Source of the DNA: Mobula hypostoma
Taxonomy: Eukaryota
DNA length: 64,000 bases
Assembly (NCBI RefSeq): GCF_963921235.1
Contig: NC_086097.1
Span: 72,790,001 to 72,854,000 of the forward strand
Direction: 5' to 3'
This document shows, one piece after another, positions 35,880 to 48,743 of the stretch (position 1 is the first letter of the stretch; every line of letters starts with the position of its first letter). The notes under the pieces are model-generated. The model did not search any database. It saw only the letters and a program-made list of their open reading frames with translations, and was not told the origin of the DNA. The position numbers and the translations under genes were made by a program.

Positions 35880-37040
35880 GAGAGCTGTACATTGGATTGA
35901 CTCTCTCCAACTTGAGGATACTAAAATTGGTAGCATTGCAGCTAGTGTAGAAGGTTATGAAAATTTTCAGGTGTGAAATTGATCAGCTAGGTATGTGGCT
36001 GAAGAATGGCACTTGGGTTTCAATATAGATAAATGTGTGGCATTGTATTTTGCAAGATCAAAATAGAGTAGGACTTGTATAACAAATGGTAGGGCCCTGT
36101 GAAGTGTCATGGAGCAGAAAGACCCAGGACCACAAATACACCATTCACTGAAAGTGATATCATAGGTTGATAAGGTGGTGAAGAAGGTGGCTGACGTGCT
36201 GTCTTCATCAGCCATGGCATGGAGTAAAGGAGTTGGGAAGTTATGTTGCAGTTATATAAGACGTTGGCCAGGCTGCTCTTGGAGTATTGTGTACAGTTTT
36301 GGTCACACTATTATAGGAAAAATACAAAAAAGATATAGTCAGGAAAAGCTTTGCCGTTGCTTGCTTGGTGGGTAATAGGTGCTGATGCTTTTTGCTGAAA
36401 TAAGTGTGGGGGGCTACTGCTTGTGCATGGGAGGGAGAGAAGGGCGCTTAGGGATTCTAACATTTTTACTGTCACTCATTCTTTGGGGTACTCTTCTGTT
36501 TTCATGGATGTCAAGAATTTCAGGTTGTATGTTGTACAGTATACATTCTCATATATTAAATGGATCCATTGAACTATTACTAAACTAGAAAGAGTACAGA
36601 AAAGCTTTACTAGGATGTTGCCGGGGCTTAAGGGCCTGAGTTGTAAGGAGAGATTTTGTAGACCAGAACTTTATTCCCTGGAACAAAGATTGAGCATATA
36701 TAAGGTGATGAGGTGCATGAACAGCATCAAAGCACATACTGTTTTTTCTGAGGAAGCACACTAAGAACAAGAGAAAATAGGTTTAAGATCAGAGGTAAGA
36801 GATTTAAAAGGGATATCAGGGGCAGTTCCTTCACAAAAAAAGCATGGTGAATATTTGGAATGAATTGCTACACATAGCAGTTAAGGTGGTCATATTAATA
36901 GCATATGAAAGCCATCTAGGTAAGTACATAGATAGAAGACATTTAAAGAGCTATGGACCAAACATGGGCAGATGGGAGAAGCTCACTGGGCAACAGAGTT
37001 GGGATGGAGGGCCTGCTTCCATGCTGTAAGACTCTATGAC
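35880..37040 (+). mobile_element. CR1 3' portion with a non-coding retroposon fragment inserted at about 36330-36580
   Basis: FNIDKCVALYF, LEYCVQFWS, VNIWNEL and a CR1 tail; the insert matches 63200-63440. Confidence 0.8.
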
Positions 37041-37330
37041 ACTAAATTATAAAGAAAATGCTGTGAGCATGCTGGTAATCATAAATACACAACAGGAACA
37101 GGAATTAATGGCTACCTAGTTTGAGATCTATTCAGGACACAGTAGCTCAGGGTTGTAAACTGTTACTCCAAATTACCATCCACTGGAAAGATGAGAAACT
37201 TGAGAGCCAGAAGAGTTAACAGAGCAGTTCAAATCCTGTTGCAGAACGAAGAATTCCTGAGTAACTGGTTTTCGATGATCAGCTCTTCCTACAGAACTTG
37301 CAGAGCAAAAAGGAACTTCACCTCAACATC

Positions 37331-37960
37331 ATCTTCAAAGGTTCAAAGGTACAATATAATGTCAGAGAAATATATACGATATACATCCTGAAATGCTTTT
37401 CCTTCACAACCATCCACGAAAACAGAGGAGTGCTCCAAGGAATGAATGACAGTTAAATGTTAGAACCGCAAAGTCCCACCCTGCTCCCCTCCTTCCCATA
37501 CGTAAGCGGCAGCAAGCAACAATCCCCCTCTCCCCATTGGCAAAAATAAAGCGCACCCACTACCAGCACTCAAGTATGAGTAAAGCAATAACAAAGACAC
37601 AGACTTACAGTTACCCCAAAGACTACATTGTTCACTGGATAATTCAACATGCTGCGGGCTCTCTCTCTCTCCTAATAAGGGAGAAAGAGATGACTCCATT
37701 TCCCAACGAGCAGGAGAGATAACAAACAACTCGTCGGTTTACGATGTTAAAAGTCTGTTATGTCACTTTTTCCGAGCTCTGTGTCTGGAGATCACAAGGA
37801 TCCCGGGTCCCCAGGCACACAGCAGATGTTCCGACTCCCCCAACGACAGACGGGTCTCCTGTGGCGACACCGACCCTTGATTCACCCGTCTCCAGTTCCT
37901 CGAGATCCCAGGCTTCTGAATCCGTGCCGAAATCTTAGGCCGAGACTTTGGCATGCCGAA
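37331..37960 (-). mobile_element. Non-autonomous retroposon with Rex/Babar-like tail (family X, copy 2)
   Basis: Colinear with 50930-51534 and with the reverse complement of 62930-63443. Confidence 0.85.
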
Positions 37961-38009
37961 TAGGAAAACGGTTTCATAGAGAGGCATATCCAATAAGTCA
38001 CTGGTGGGA

Positions 38010-38490
38010 GTCCGAAGGAAGTTTATGAGAATCATCCCAGGAGTGATATGATTAACATAGGAGCAGTTTTGATGGCTCTGGGCCAGTACTCGCTGAAATT
38101 TAGAAGACTGAGTGGGAATCTTATTGAAACCTGCTGAATATTGAAAGACCTGGATAGAGTAGACATGGAGAAGATGTTTTCAATAGTGGCAGCATCTAGG
38201 ACCAGAGGGCAAAATCTCAGAATAGAGGGACATCTCTTTATCACAGAGCTGAGGAGGAATTTTGTTGAACAAAGAGTGGCAAATCTGTTGAATTTGTTGC
38301 CACAGACAACTGTTGAGGCCAAGTCATTGGGTATATTTAAAGAAGAGTTTGATAGTTTCTTGATTAGTAAGGCAGTCAATGTTTATGGGGAGCAGGCAGG
38401 AGAATGGGGTATAGAGGGATAATAAATCAGCATGATGGAATTCTGGGACAAACTCGCTGGGCTAAATGGTCTAATTCTGCTCCTATGTGA
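38010..38490 (+). mobile_element. CR1 3' end
   Basis: DRVDMEKMF..SRTRGQNLRI..RRNF..GIFKEEFDSFL. Confidence 0.9.
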
Positions 38491-38504
38491 GGACCATTCA
38501 CAGA

Positions 38505-38640
38505 TGCAGATAGACAAAGGAAGACCCAAATCTTTATTGTCAATCTTGACGAAACCTCTTAGAACTGGTCTGAAATCACCAGCCGAGCTACTGCTGGACA
38601 CGAAGGTTCCCCCACTGCTCCAGTTTCCTCTCACATCCCA
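38505..38640 (+). mobile_element. Gypsy integrase C-terminal relic (with GFIERHIQ at about 37970)
   Basis: LLSILTKPLRTGLKSPAELL motif. Confidence 0.55.
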
Positions 38641-38899
38641 ACCACAGGTTAATGAGCTACATTAAACTCCTCCTAGTAGTCTGATGGGGGAGGGATTATT
38701 GAAATGTGGGGAGCAAAAGCAACAGAGACAATTGCCAGGTAAAATGAGCTAGCACAAGTTCATTGAGCCAAATGGCTACCATCTGTGTTAGATGCAGATG
38801 CATAATTTAAAGTTTCCCAGTGTTACAACATTTATGTCATTATCATTAAGGAAGCAGTTATGAAAACCTGGAATCCAAGTAAATCATATTTTATCATCT

Positions 38900-39530
38900 T
38901 ATATCAGCGATCGAGTATGATTCTTCTCCCGGTGGTTGATCTGGTCTTTGTGGGTGTTGAGATGACTGAAGAGGCTGATCCGTGATCCACAAGTCCTATT
39001 GCAGTGTTGGCAGGTGTAGGTCATTGCAGTGGTGGTGGATGTAGCTGGTCGGGTCTTTCCCAGTCTCTCTTTACACTGAAGCTGCTTAGTCTCAGTGGCA
39101 GGGTGGAGATATTCTCTGAGCTGTGCAGTCCCCTCATCGACAGTCCCTCTCCAGCTTTCCCTAGCCTGTGCTAATTTATCCCATCCACTCAGGATGGGAG
39201 ATCTTCCTCAGCTGGGCCTTGATATTGTTCTTGAACCGATTTTTCTGCCCTCCAGGGGTGCACTTTCATCCTTGAATTGGCCAAACAGCAGTTGTTTAGA
39301 GAGCCTGGAGTCAGGCTTATGAATGATGTGGCTGACGATTGTGGTTGAGTCACGATTGTGGCTATGAAGTTAATGTTAGCTTCCTCCAGGATGCTGGAGT
39401 TAGTAAGCCTGTTCTTCCAGCTGGCACTCAGAACCTTCTTGAGGCATCCTTGATGGTAAGAATCCAAGTAAATCCAACACGTAAGAGAAACAGAATCCAT
39501 CTTCAAGCTGCAGGAGATTTGATACGATAA
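38900..39530 (-). mobile_element. Decayed RTE LINE 3' end
   Basis: YHQGCLKKVLSASWKNRLTNSSILEEA and PDSRLSKQLLFG..GGQKNRFKNNIK. Confidence 0.8.
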
Positions 39531-42500
39531 TTGTCAGCAGTGAAGTTTATAACACTGAGAGCAATTTCCACGGCAAGAATAATAAGAACACTAACAGAAA
39601 ATTCCAATTTGCTGTTGAGATGAATGACCACATCTAAGATTGCAAAATTAGAAATGCTGCCATCTTGCCACCCGGACAATTATTATGAATATTGTTTATG
39701 AAGCATGACAATAATGTTTCAAAAACAGCATATTAAAATCTTGAGGAAACTAACACAAGTTTTTTTTGAAGAAAAACATTGTTGTAAGAATGACAAGGTA
39801 CCTAAATTGTTATTATCTTCAAGTATATTATTTGTATTTAATTCCATGACTGACTGGTGTTCTATAGTCTGTGTAGAAATCACATATTATGTCCAGTCAA
39901 CACATGGCCTGCAGCCTGAAAATAAGATATAAGCCACAAATTTGAGTCTTAAACTGTAAATTAGAAAGAGACCTCTGGGAATAACAAGACTTAACGCAAA
40001 TCACCCTGAATCACAGTCAGCAGAAAGAGACAGCATTCAACAATGGGCTGACACAATGGTGTTTTATCTTTAGTGCAGAGTAGACAAAGTCAATAAGTCT
40101 GTCAAGGAACCACAGCATCTACAGCCCACCCATTCCTCTTCTATAAAGATGCTGGAGAGTGCTCGGTTAAAAATGTTCCTTGGCTTCGTAGTGACATCCA
40201 AGCTGTGAGACAAATAGGTGGAAAAGATAAGTTAAAGTGCTGTCAAGATACTGAATTCTCTCCTGATACCGTCAGCACCATTTGCCACATCACCAATATG
40301 AATGATCAATGGAGGCTGCATCTCCAGGGTGATGAGGAACTGCTGAATAGAAAGCTAGAAAACACTACAATGGTCTTTTCCTCTTGCACTCATTGTACCA
40401 AAATCACTGGATATTTTAGTAGAGGTACTTTAATTAGGTTTTGCCACTGTCTCTCTTCACTGCAAAAATGTGATTGGCCATAAGAGGATCACGAGAGCCA
40501 CACTGCAATAGCTTTCTGTTTATAAATTGGATATCTTTGTTTGTGATATGAACATCAGTGCCTGACAATTGGTATGAATTTCAAGGTCAGCACGAAATGC
40601 ATGAGACATGCCACATCATTTATCAGTGGAATTCTTGCTGTGTTATTAGAGAGCACACAATCAAATATTTCAGTCTTGAACTTTGAGCCTTTGAGCTCTT
40701 GAAACTTTGCAACTCTGAATCAAATATTTTCTCTTTTCCAGCCTAAGTTAATTATTTGAAAAAATGTTGTGGTAAGGTTGCCTATCCCCAACAAGTATCC
40801 TGCTGGAACGGATCTGAGCTGTATTGCAAATGAGGAACACACACACAATGCTGCAGGAACTCAACAGGCCAGGCAAACTTCTGCCACCTCCATCTCCGTG
40901 CCTACTTCTTTAGCAAGGACTCTCCATCCCGCACCGATGACCCCCTTCTCCCATCTTCAACCCTCCTTCTCTTCCTGGACACCCTGCTCCAGTCTTCTGT
41001 CCACTCTGGATCTTTTCATTGCTAACTGCCGACAGAACATCAACTGTCTCGACTTCAACACTCCTATCTTCAATTCCATATACACTCCTACGGAACACAC
41101 TTCTCCCCATTCTCTCCGCACTAATCCTAACCTCACCATCAAACCCGCAGATAAGGGGGGGCGGAGTGCTGTAGTAGTCTGGTAGGCTGACCTCTACCTT
41201 GCCGAGGCCCGACGACACCGACTCTTACTACCACTTTAAAAGGATCCCGCTAAAGAGAATCAGGCCATTGTCTCCCACACCATCACTGACCTTATTATCT
41301 CTGGGGATCTTCCATCCACTGCCACCAACCTCATAGTTCCCTCACCCCGCACCTCCTGTTTCGACCTCCTACCCAAGATCCACAAACCTGTCTGTCATGG
41401 TAGACCCATTGTTTCTGCTTTCTCCTGCCCCACTGAATTTATATCTGCTTACCTTTATTCATTTTGTCCTCCCTGGTTCAGTGCCTTTCTACCTACATCC
41501 GTGACACTTCACACACTCTTGATCTTTTCAATGATTTCAAGTTCCCTGGCCCCGATCATCTTATTTTCACTATGGATGTCCGGTCCCTATACACCAGAAA
41601 GGCCTCAAGGCTCTCCATTTCTTTCTGGATACTAGACCCAACCAGTTCCCCTCCACCACCACTCTCCTCCGTCTGGCGGAGCTTGTCCTCACGCTCAATA
41701 ATTTCTCCTTTGGCTCTTCCCACTTCCTTTAAATAAAAGGTGTAGCCATGGGCATTCGCATGGGTCCCAGCTATGCCTGCTTTTATGTTGGCTACGTGGA
41801 ACAGCATCTGATCCAAGTCTACACTAGTGACCATCCTGCACTTTTCCTATACTACATCAATGACTGCATTGGTGTCGCTTCCTACAAAAATGCAGAGCTC
41901 GTCGACTTCATCAACTATACCTCCAACTTCCATCCTGCCCTCAAATTCACCTGGTCCATTTCAGACACTTCCTTCCCCTTTCTTGATCACTCTGTCTCTG
42001 TCTCTGGAGACAGTTTATCTGCTGATGTCTATTATAAACTCATGGACTCTCACTGCCACCTGGACTATACTTTTTACCACTGTTACTTGTAAAAACGTCA
42101 TCCCCTTCTCTCAATTCCTCCGTCTCCGCCACATCTGCTCTCAGGATGAGACTTCTTATTCCAGAACTAAGGAGATGTCCTCCTTCTTCAAAGAAAGGGG
42201 CTTCCCTTCCTCCACCATCAACACTGCGCCCAAGTGTATCTCTTCCAATTCACACATGTCTGTCCTCACACCAAGCACTCATCACCCCACCAGGGATGGG
42301 GTTACTTTTGCCCTCACCTACTACCCTACCAGCCTGCGCATCCTGCACATAATTCTCTGTAACTTTCACCATTTCCAATGGGATCCCACCACCAAGCACA
42401 TCTTTCCCTCCCCCCACCCCCTCACTTCCTATGCAATTCCCTTGTCCATTTGTCCCTCCCCACTGATCTCCTTCCTGGCATTTATCCTTGCAAGCAAAAC

Positions 42501-42726
42501 AAGTGGTATACCTACCCCTACACTTCCTCCCTCACTACCATTCAGGGCCTCAAACAATCCTTCCAGGCGAGGCAAATCTGTTGAGGTCAACTCCAGTGTG
42601 GCCTCCTGTATATCAGAGAGACCCAATATAGATCAGGAGACCGCTTCACTGAGCACCTATGCTCTACCTGCCAGAAAAAGCAGGATCTCCCAGTAGCCAG
42701 CAATTTTAATTCCACTTCCCATTCTT

Positions 42727-44355
42727 ATAGACAATAGACAATAGGTGCAGGAGTAGGCCATTCGGACCTTCGAGCCAGCACCGCCATTCACTGTGATCAT
42801 GGCTGATCATCCACAATCAGTATCCAGTTCCTGCCTTATCCCCATAACCTTTGATTCCGCTATGTTTAAGAGCTCTCGCCATCTCTTTCTTGAAAGCATC
42901 CAGAGACTTGGCCTCCACTGCCTTCTGGGGCAGAGCATTCCACATATCCACCACTCTCTGGGTGAAAAAGTTTTTCCTTAACTCTGTTCTAAATGGCCTA
43001 CCCCTTACTCTTAAACTCTGGTTCTGGACTCACCCATCAGCGGGAACATGCTTCCTGCCTCCAACATGTCCAATCCCTTAATAATCTTATATGTTTCAAT
43101 CAGATTCCCTCTCATCCTTCTAAATTCCAATGTATACAAGCCCAGTCGCTCCAATCATTGAACAAGTGACAGTCCTGCCATCCCGGGAATTAACCTTGTG
43201 AACCTACACTGCACTCCCTCAATAGAAAGAATGTCCTTCCTCAAATTTGGAGACCAAAACTGCACACAATACTCCAGGTGTGGTCTCACCAGGGCCCTGT
43301 ACAGCTGCAGAAGGACCTCTTTGCTCCTATACTCAATTCCCCTTGTTATGAAGGCCAGCATGCCATTAGCCTTCTTCACTGCCTGCTGTACCTGCATGCT
43401 TGCTTTCAGTGACTGATGTACAAGAACACCTAGATCTCATTGTACTTCCCCTTTTCCTAACTTGACCCCATTTAGATAATAATCTGCCGTCCTGTTCTTA
43501 CCACCAAAGTGGATAACCTCACATTTATCCACATTTAACTGCATCTGCCATGCATCCGCCCACTCACCCAGCCTGTCCAAGTCACCCTGCATTCTCTTAA
43601 CATCCTCCTCACATTTCACACTGCCACCCAACTTTGAGTCATCTGCAAATTTGCTAATGTTACTTTTAATCCCTTCATCTAAATCATTAATGTATATTGT
43701 AAACAGCTGCGGTCCCAGCACTGAACCCTGCGGTACTCCACTGGTCACCGCCTGCCATTCCGAAAGGGACCCGTTAATCGCTACTCTTTGTTTCCTGTCA
43801 GCCAGCCAATTTTCAATCCATGTCAGTACTCTGCCCCCAATACCATGTACCCTAATTTTGCCCACTAATCTCCTATGTGGGACTTTATCAAAGGCTTTCT
43901 GAAAGTCCAGGTACACTACATCTACTGGCTCTCCCTTGTCCATTCTCATAGTTACATCCTCAAAAAATTCCAGAAGATTAGTCAAGCACGATTTCCCCTT
44001 GGTAAATCCATGCTCACTTGGACCTATCCTGTTACTGCTATCCAAATGTGTCATAATTTCATCTTTTATAATTGGTTCCAGCATCTTTCCTACCACTGAC
44101 GTCAGGCTAACCAGTCTATAATTCCCTGTTTTCTCTCTCCCTACTTTCTTGAAAAGTGGGACAACATTAGCCACCCTCCAATCCACAGGAACTGATCCTG
44201 AATCTATAGAACATTGGAAAATGATTACCAATGCATCCACGATTTCTAAAGCCACCTCCTTAAGTACCCTGGGATGCAGACCATCAGGTCCCGGGGACTT
44301 ATCAGCCTTCAGACCCAACAGTCTATCCAACACCATTTCCTGCCTAATATAAATT
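42727..44355 (-). mobile_element. Young 5'-truncated CR1 with an uninterrupted 310-aa RT frame
   Basis: ORF 43437-44369 (GVPQGSVLGP, KFADDSKLGG); tail appears as TAGACAATAGACAATAG on the + strand. Confidence 0.97.
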
Positions 44356-44878
44356 TCTTGTTGCAACATGTCAGTCCATGGCCTCCTCTATTGTCGTGAT
44401 AAGGCCACACTCAGGCTGGAGGAGCCACACCTTATATTCCATCTGGGTAGCCTCCAACCTGATGACATGGATGCAGATTTCTCGAACTTCCAGTAGTGCT
44501 CCCCCCACCTCCCATTCACCTTTTTCCAATCCCATTTCCTTTTCTCACCTTATCTCCTTACCTCCCCATCACATCCCTCTGGAGGATCCTCCCCCTTTTC
44601 TTTCTTCCATGGCGTTCTGTCCTTTCCTATCAGATTCCGCCTTTCCAGCTCTTTATCTTTTTCACCAATCAATTTCCCAGCTCTTTACTTCACCTCTCCC
44701 CTCCCTCTCGGTTTCACCTTTCACCTACCACCTTGTACGTGTTCCTCTCCTCCCCGCCCCACCTTCTTACTGTGCCTCCTCATCTTTTTTGTCTCCAGTC
44801 CTGATGAAGAGTCTCGGCCCAAAACAACGACTGTTTACTCTGTCCATAGATGCTGCCTGGCCTGCTGAGTTCCTCCAG

Positions 44879-44883
<5 letters not shown>

Positions 44884-44915
<32 letters not shown>
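44884..44915 (+). repeat. (TG)16 microsatellite inside a Penelope pLTR
   Basis: Read directly. Confidence 0.95.
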
Positions 44916-44919
<4 letters not shown>

Positions 44920-45249
44920 TTTGTGAGTGTGTGTGAGAGTGCTGCTTGGATTTCCAGCATCTACAGATTTTCTCTTGTTAGTGATTTGACATGTGAGGAA
45001 ACTGTGTTGTCTCCATAAGGAGAGGTGCAATATGCTGGTGACATTTGCATTTGTAAGCTCCTTTCCAATCGTCATTGACTTTCTCTTTAAAGCACATGGT
45101 ATGATGGATCTTGGACCTAATGTTCACAAAATGAAGGTTCTTTACCAGCCTGCTCATTTGAACAATGCTTTTCTCTGACAAAATCCTGGAAAAAATGCAC
45201 TACTACCCATATCTCAATAGCTATATTTCCTTTGGAGAAAAAAGTGTTT

Positions 45250-45500
45250 GAAGGTCAAGGCTTTGAACCCAGCATAGGAACATGTTCCCCAAGCAGCAGT
45301 GATTACTGCTCTCCTGTATGGCTCTGAGACTTTGTTTACCTGCAGCACACACCTCCAAAGCACGAGGAAGTATCATCAATGCTGATACTGCAAAATACTC
45401 ATTCCACTGGTGCCAAAAGCAAACTGCTGCCTGGATTCTGTTTCAGGCTGATATTCTCAACAGTGAGATCTTAATTGCCCTTATCAGTTCCATTGCACAG
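45250..45500 (+). mobile_element. Decayed RTE fragment
   Basis: QAAVITALLYGSET and YHQC..KIL.IHW-like sequence. Confidence 0.65.
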
Positions 45501-45504
45501 ACCG

Positions 45505-46005
45505 TACACAGTACAACATAAAATGCTGGAGAAACTCAGCGGGTCAGGCAGCGTCGATGGAAATGAACAAATGGTCAATGTTTTGGGCCAAGACTCCCTC
45601 AACAGGATTGAAAAGGAAGGGGGAAGATGTCAGAATAAGAAGGTGAGGGGGAGGGGAAGGAGGACAAGCTAGAGGTGAAAGGTGAAGACAGATGGGTGGG
45701 GAAGGAGTAAGAAATAAGAAGCTGGGGTGGTGGTAGGTGGAAAAGGCAAGCACTGGAGAAGAAGGAATCTGAAAGGAAATGAGAATGGACCATGAGAGAA
45801 AGGGAAGGAGGAAAGGCACCAGGGGTAGGTGATAGGCAGGTGAGGAGATGAATTAAGAGTAGGGAAATTGAAGAATAGGAATGGGGGAGGGGGAAATTAC
45901 CAGAAGCTGGAGAAATCGATATTCATGCCATCAGGTTGGAGGCTACCTAGATGGAATATGAGGTGCTGCTCCTCAGAACTGAGAGTGGCCTCATCAAGGC
46001 AGAAG
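45505..46005 (-). mobile_element. Penelope pLTR / 3' end
   Basis: Matches the reverse complement of 44400-44900. Confidence 0.85.
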
Positions 46006-46149
46006 AGTCAGCCACAGTGCTTGCTCACAAGCAGACACCTAGATTCTTATGGCAAGTGATTTACTCAGTGAATGTAGAATAAGGCTCCAAGCTGCTCTCC
46101 ATGTCTCCCTTGAAAACATTAGAGCATCCCTTCAGGCTCCAGGCCCACG

Positions 46150-46610
46150 AAAAATATGAAAAAATGTTGCTGGGAATTGAGGATCTGAGTTACAGGGAAA
46201 GGTTGAGTGGGTTAGGACTTCATTCCGTGGAGCATAGGAGAATGAGGGAAAATTAGATAGAGACACATACAATTGTTAAGGTATAAATAGAGTAAATGCA
46301 AGCAAGCTTTTTCCACTGAGGTTGGGTGAGGTTAAAACCAGAGATTAAAGGTTAAGGGGGAAAAGGTGAAATATTTAAGGGGAACCTGAGAGGGACTTCT
46401 TCACTCAGAGGGTGGTGTGAGTGTGGAATGAGCTGAGATTGGAAGTGGTGGATGTGGGTTCACTTTCAACATTTAAGAGAAATTGGATAGAATATGGACA
46501 GGAGGGATATGGAGGGCTATGCTCCAGGTGCTGGCCAATGAGACTAGGCAGAATAATAGTTTGGCATGGACTAGATAGGCCGAACGGCCTGTTTCTGTGC
46601 TGTAGTGCAG
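46150..46610 (+). mobile_element. CR1 3' end
   Basis: LSYRERL..LGLHSVE, FFTQRVV.VWNEL, tail GGCCTGTTTCTGTGCTGTA. Confidence 0.85.
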
Positions 46611-46834
46611 TGAATTTGTGACGAAGAACCAACGTTTAGGATGGCTCTGAGAGTCTTAAGCCTGTGCACAGGACAAAACAGAAAAAATGTACAGAAGATA
46701 AAGTAAAATACAGAAAAAGTGTACCACTTCCCAATTTGCCCACCTGCTTTGACTGCCAAGCAATACCTGAGGCAAAATCTGAAGGTCCCACAGTGGCATC
46801 TTCAATCAGCATTTAACCAACTGGAAGAAAGTTG

Positions 46835-47403
46835 CAAACACGAGGAAATCTGCAGATGCTGGAATTTCAAGCAACACACATAAAAGTTGCTGGTGAACGC
46901 AGCAGGTCTGGCAGCATCTCTAGGAAGAGGTACAGTTGACGCTTCAGGCCAAGACCCTTTGCCAGGACTAACTGAAAGAAGAGCTAGTAAGAGATTTGAA
47001 AGTGGGAGGGGGAAGGGGAGATCTGAAATGATAGGAGAAGACAGGAGGGGGAGGGATGGAGCCAAGAGCTATCCACGGCCTCCTCTACTGTAAAGATGAA
47101 GCCATACTCAGGTTGGAGGAACATCACCTTATATTCCGTCTGGGTAGTCTCCAACCTGATGGCATGAACATTGACTTCCCAAACTTCCGCTAATGCCCCA
47201 CCTCCCCCTCGTACCCCATCCGTTATTTATTTATATACACATATTCTTTTTCTCTCTCTCCTTTTTCTCCCTCTGTCCCCCTCACTATACCCCTTGCCCA
47301 TCCTCTGTTTCCCCCCTCCCCCTTTTCTTTCTCCCTAGGCCTCCCGTCCCATGATCTTCTCAAATCCCTTTTGCCAATCAACTGTCCAGCTCTTTATGTG
47401 TGT
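46835..47403. mobile_element. Short Penelope insertion with an internal inversion and a 13-bp TSD
   Basis: Minus-strand pLTR at 46835-47070 joined to a plus-strand GIY-YIG end and pLTR at 47071-47395. TGGAAGAAAGTTG occurs at 46822-46834 and 47404-47416. Confidence 0.88.
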
Positions 47404-48242
47404 TGGAAGAAAGTTGTCCTGGATTCTGAGGGACGACATAAGATCATATTCTGTGGCTTCAAATGCAACAGGAAAAGGAATAGGAATTATGATTTTTTCT
47501 ATATTACTGAAAGAAATTCATCTCTGAATGTGTGCTATGCAATGTCACATTAATTCAGTGGGTGAAATACTGTTGGAAAGACAGTAGACAGTTAGGCATT
47601 GATTTCTGCAGGGTTTTCTCAATTTCCTGTCACTGTTGTGATAAGATATTAGAAGAAGCCTGGGTGAAACTGCCATTTTCAAAAAAAACATAGCAGGTCT
47701 CCCATCCAAAAACGTTTTTGGTTTGTTCTGATCCAAGAGGAATTGTTTTAAGAGGCCATTTACTCTCAAATTGCTGACAGGGGAGTACTCAAGAAATGTA
47801 CTAATTGAATTTATAAAGATTTAAATTCAAAACAATAAAAGAAGCAAAACAGCTCCTGGAGTATTCCAAGGCATCTTGGATTGTTGTTATTTTACCTCAC
47901 CAGTGCGTAATAGAAATTAACCACAGGCATGTTACAAATGTATTAGCAGTTTGAGAGATCTCCATTGTTCCAATTTATTGCAGATCTAAATGCTCCGGTG
48001 AATGCCAAATAAATATTATTGAGGTCTGAACATTGAAGAATTTGAATTTGTCTAAGCAGCATTATCTGTATCCCTTCTGTTGAGCTACATATCTGGGCCA
48101 ATTCTGGCATGAAATTTGCAACCAAGGTGGGGTTTCAGCTCTCATTAGAGACCTCCAAATGGAAAGCAACCTCCCACAAAGATCTTTAAAGATAAACACC
48201 TGGGACATGAATAGCAGGAAGGAGGAATCCCGTTGCTCCATG

Positions 48243-48743
48243 TGTTGTGTATTTAATATTTCAAAAATATTTGAGTAATATTCTAACCATATTGTTTGAT
48301 TAAGCAATCTTTGTTTCTTTACATAATTCATTATAGGTTATAAGTAAAAGTATGTGAATGGCATACGTCATTATGACACCATGTCATAAGTATGCACCTC
48401 ACTAAAAGTAAAAGCAAAATTTAAAAAATGAAACCAAACATAGATGAGTGATCCCCAGCTCTTTCAGTTAGATTAGTTACATTATGAGAATACTCAGTCC
48501 TCTTTTATTGTCGTTTAGAAATGCATACATGCATTAAGAAATGACACAATGTTTCTCCGGAGTGATATCACAGAAAACAAGACAGACCAAAGACTAACAC
48601 TGACAGAACCACATAATTATAACATATAGTTACAGCAGTGCAAAGCAATACCATAATTTGATAAAGAACAGACCATAGGCACAGTAAAAAAAAGTTAGTA
48701 CAGTAAAAATTAGTTTCATGTTTTGCAGTTACAAAGTATAATG
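48243..48743 (+). mobile_element. Solo LTR of the Gypsy B family with a ~230-bp insertion (48479-48708)
   Basis: Homologous to 2782-2883 and 7496-7621; the insert is flanked by ATTAGTT at 48472-48478 and 48709-48715. Confidence 0.7.

Larger units (their letters stand above)
40830..44978 (+). mobile_element. Penelope element (RT, GIY-YIG, pLTR) split by a CR1 at 42727-44355
   Basis: LTIKPADKGG..VVVW, FTMDVRSLYT, MGIRMGPSYAC, HPALKFTWS; resumes at about 44360 with HLIFHLGSLQP and a pLTR with a degenerate hammerhead at 44796-44833. Confidence 0.92.

Noticed and set aside
40742..40771. Strong acceptor (TTTCTCTTTTCCAG) and donor (GTG|GTAAGG) pair
   Set aside because: All three frames contain stops, so it could only be non-coding; no other support.
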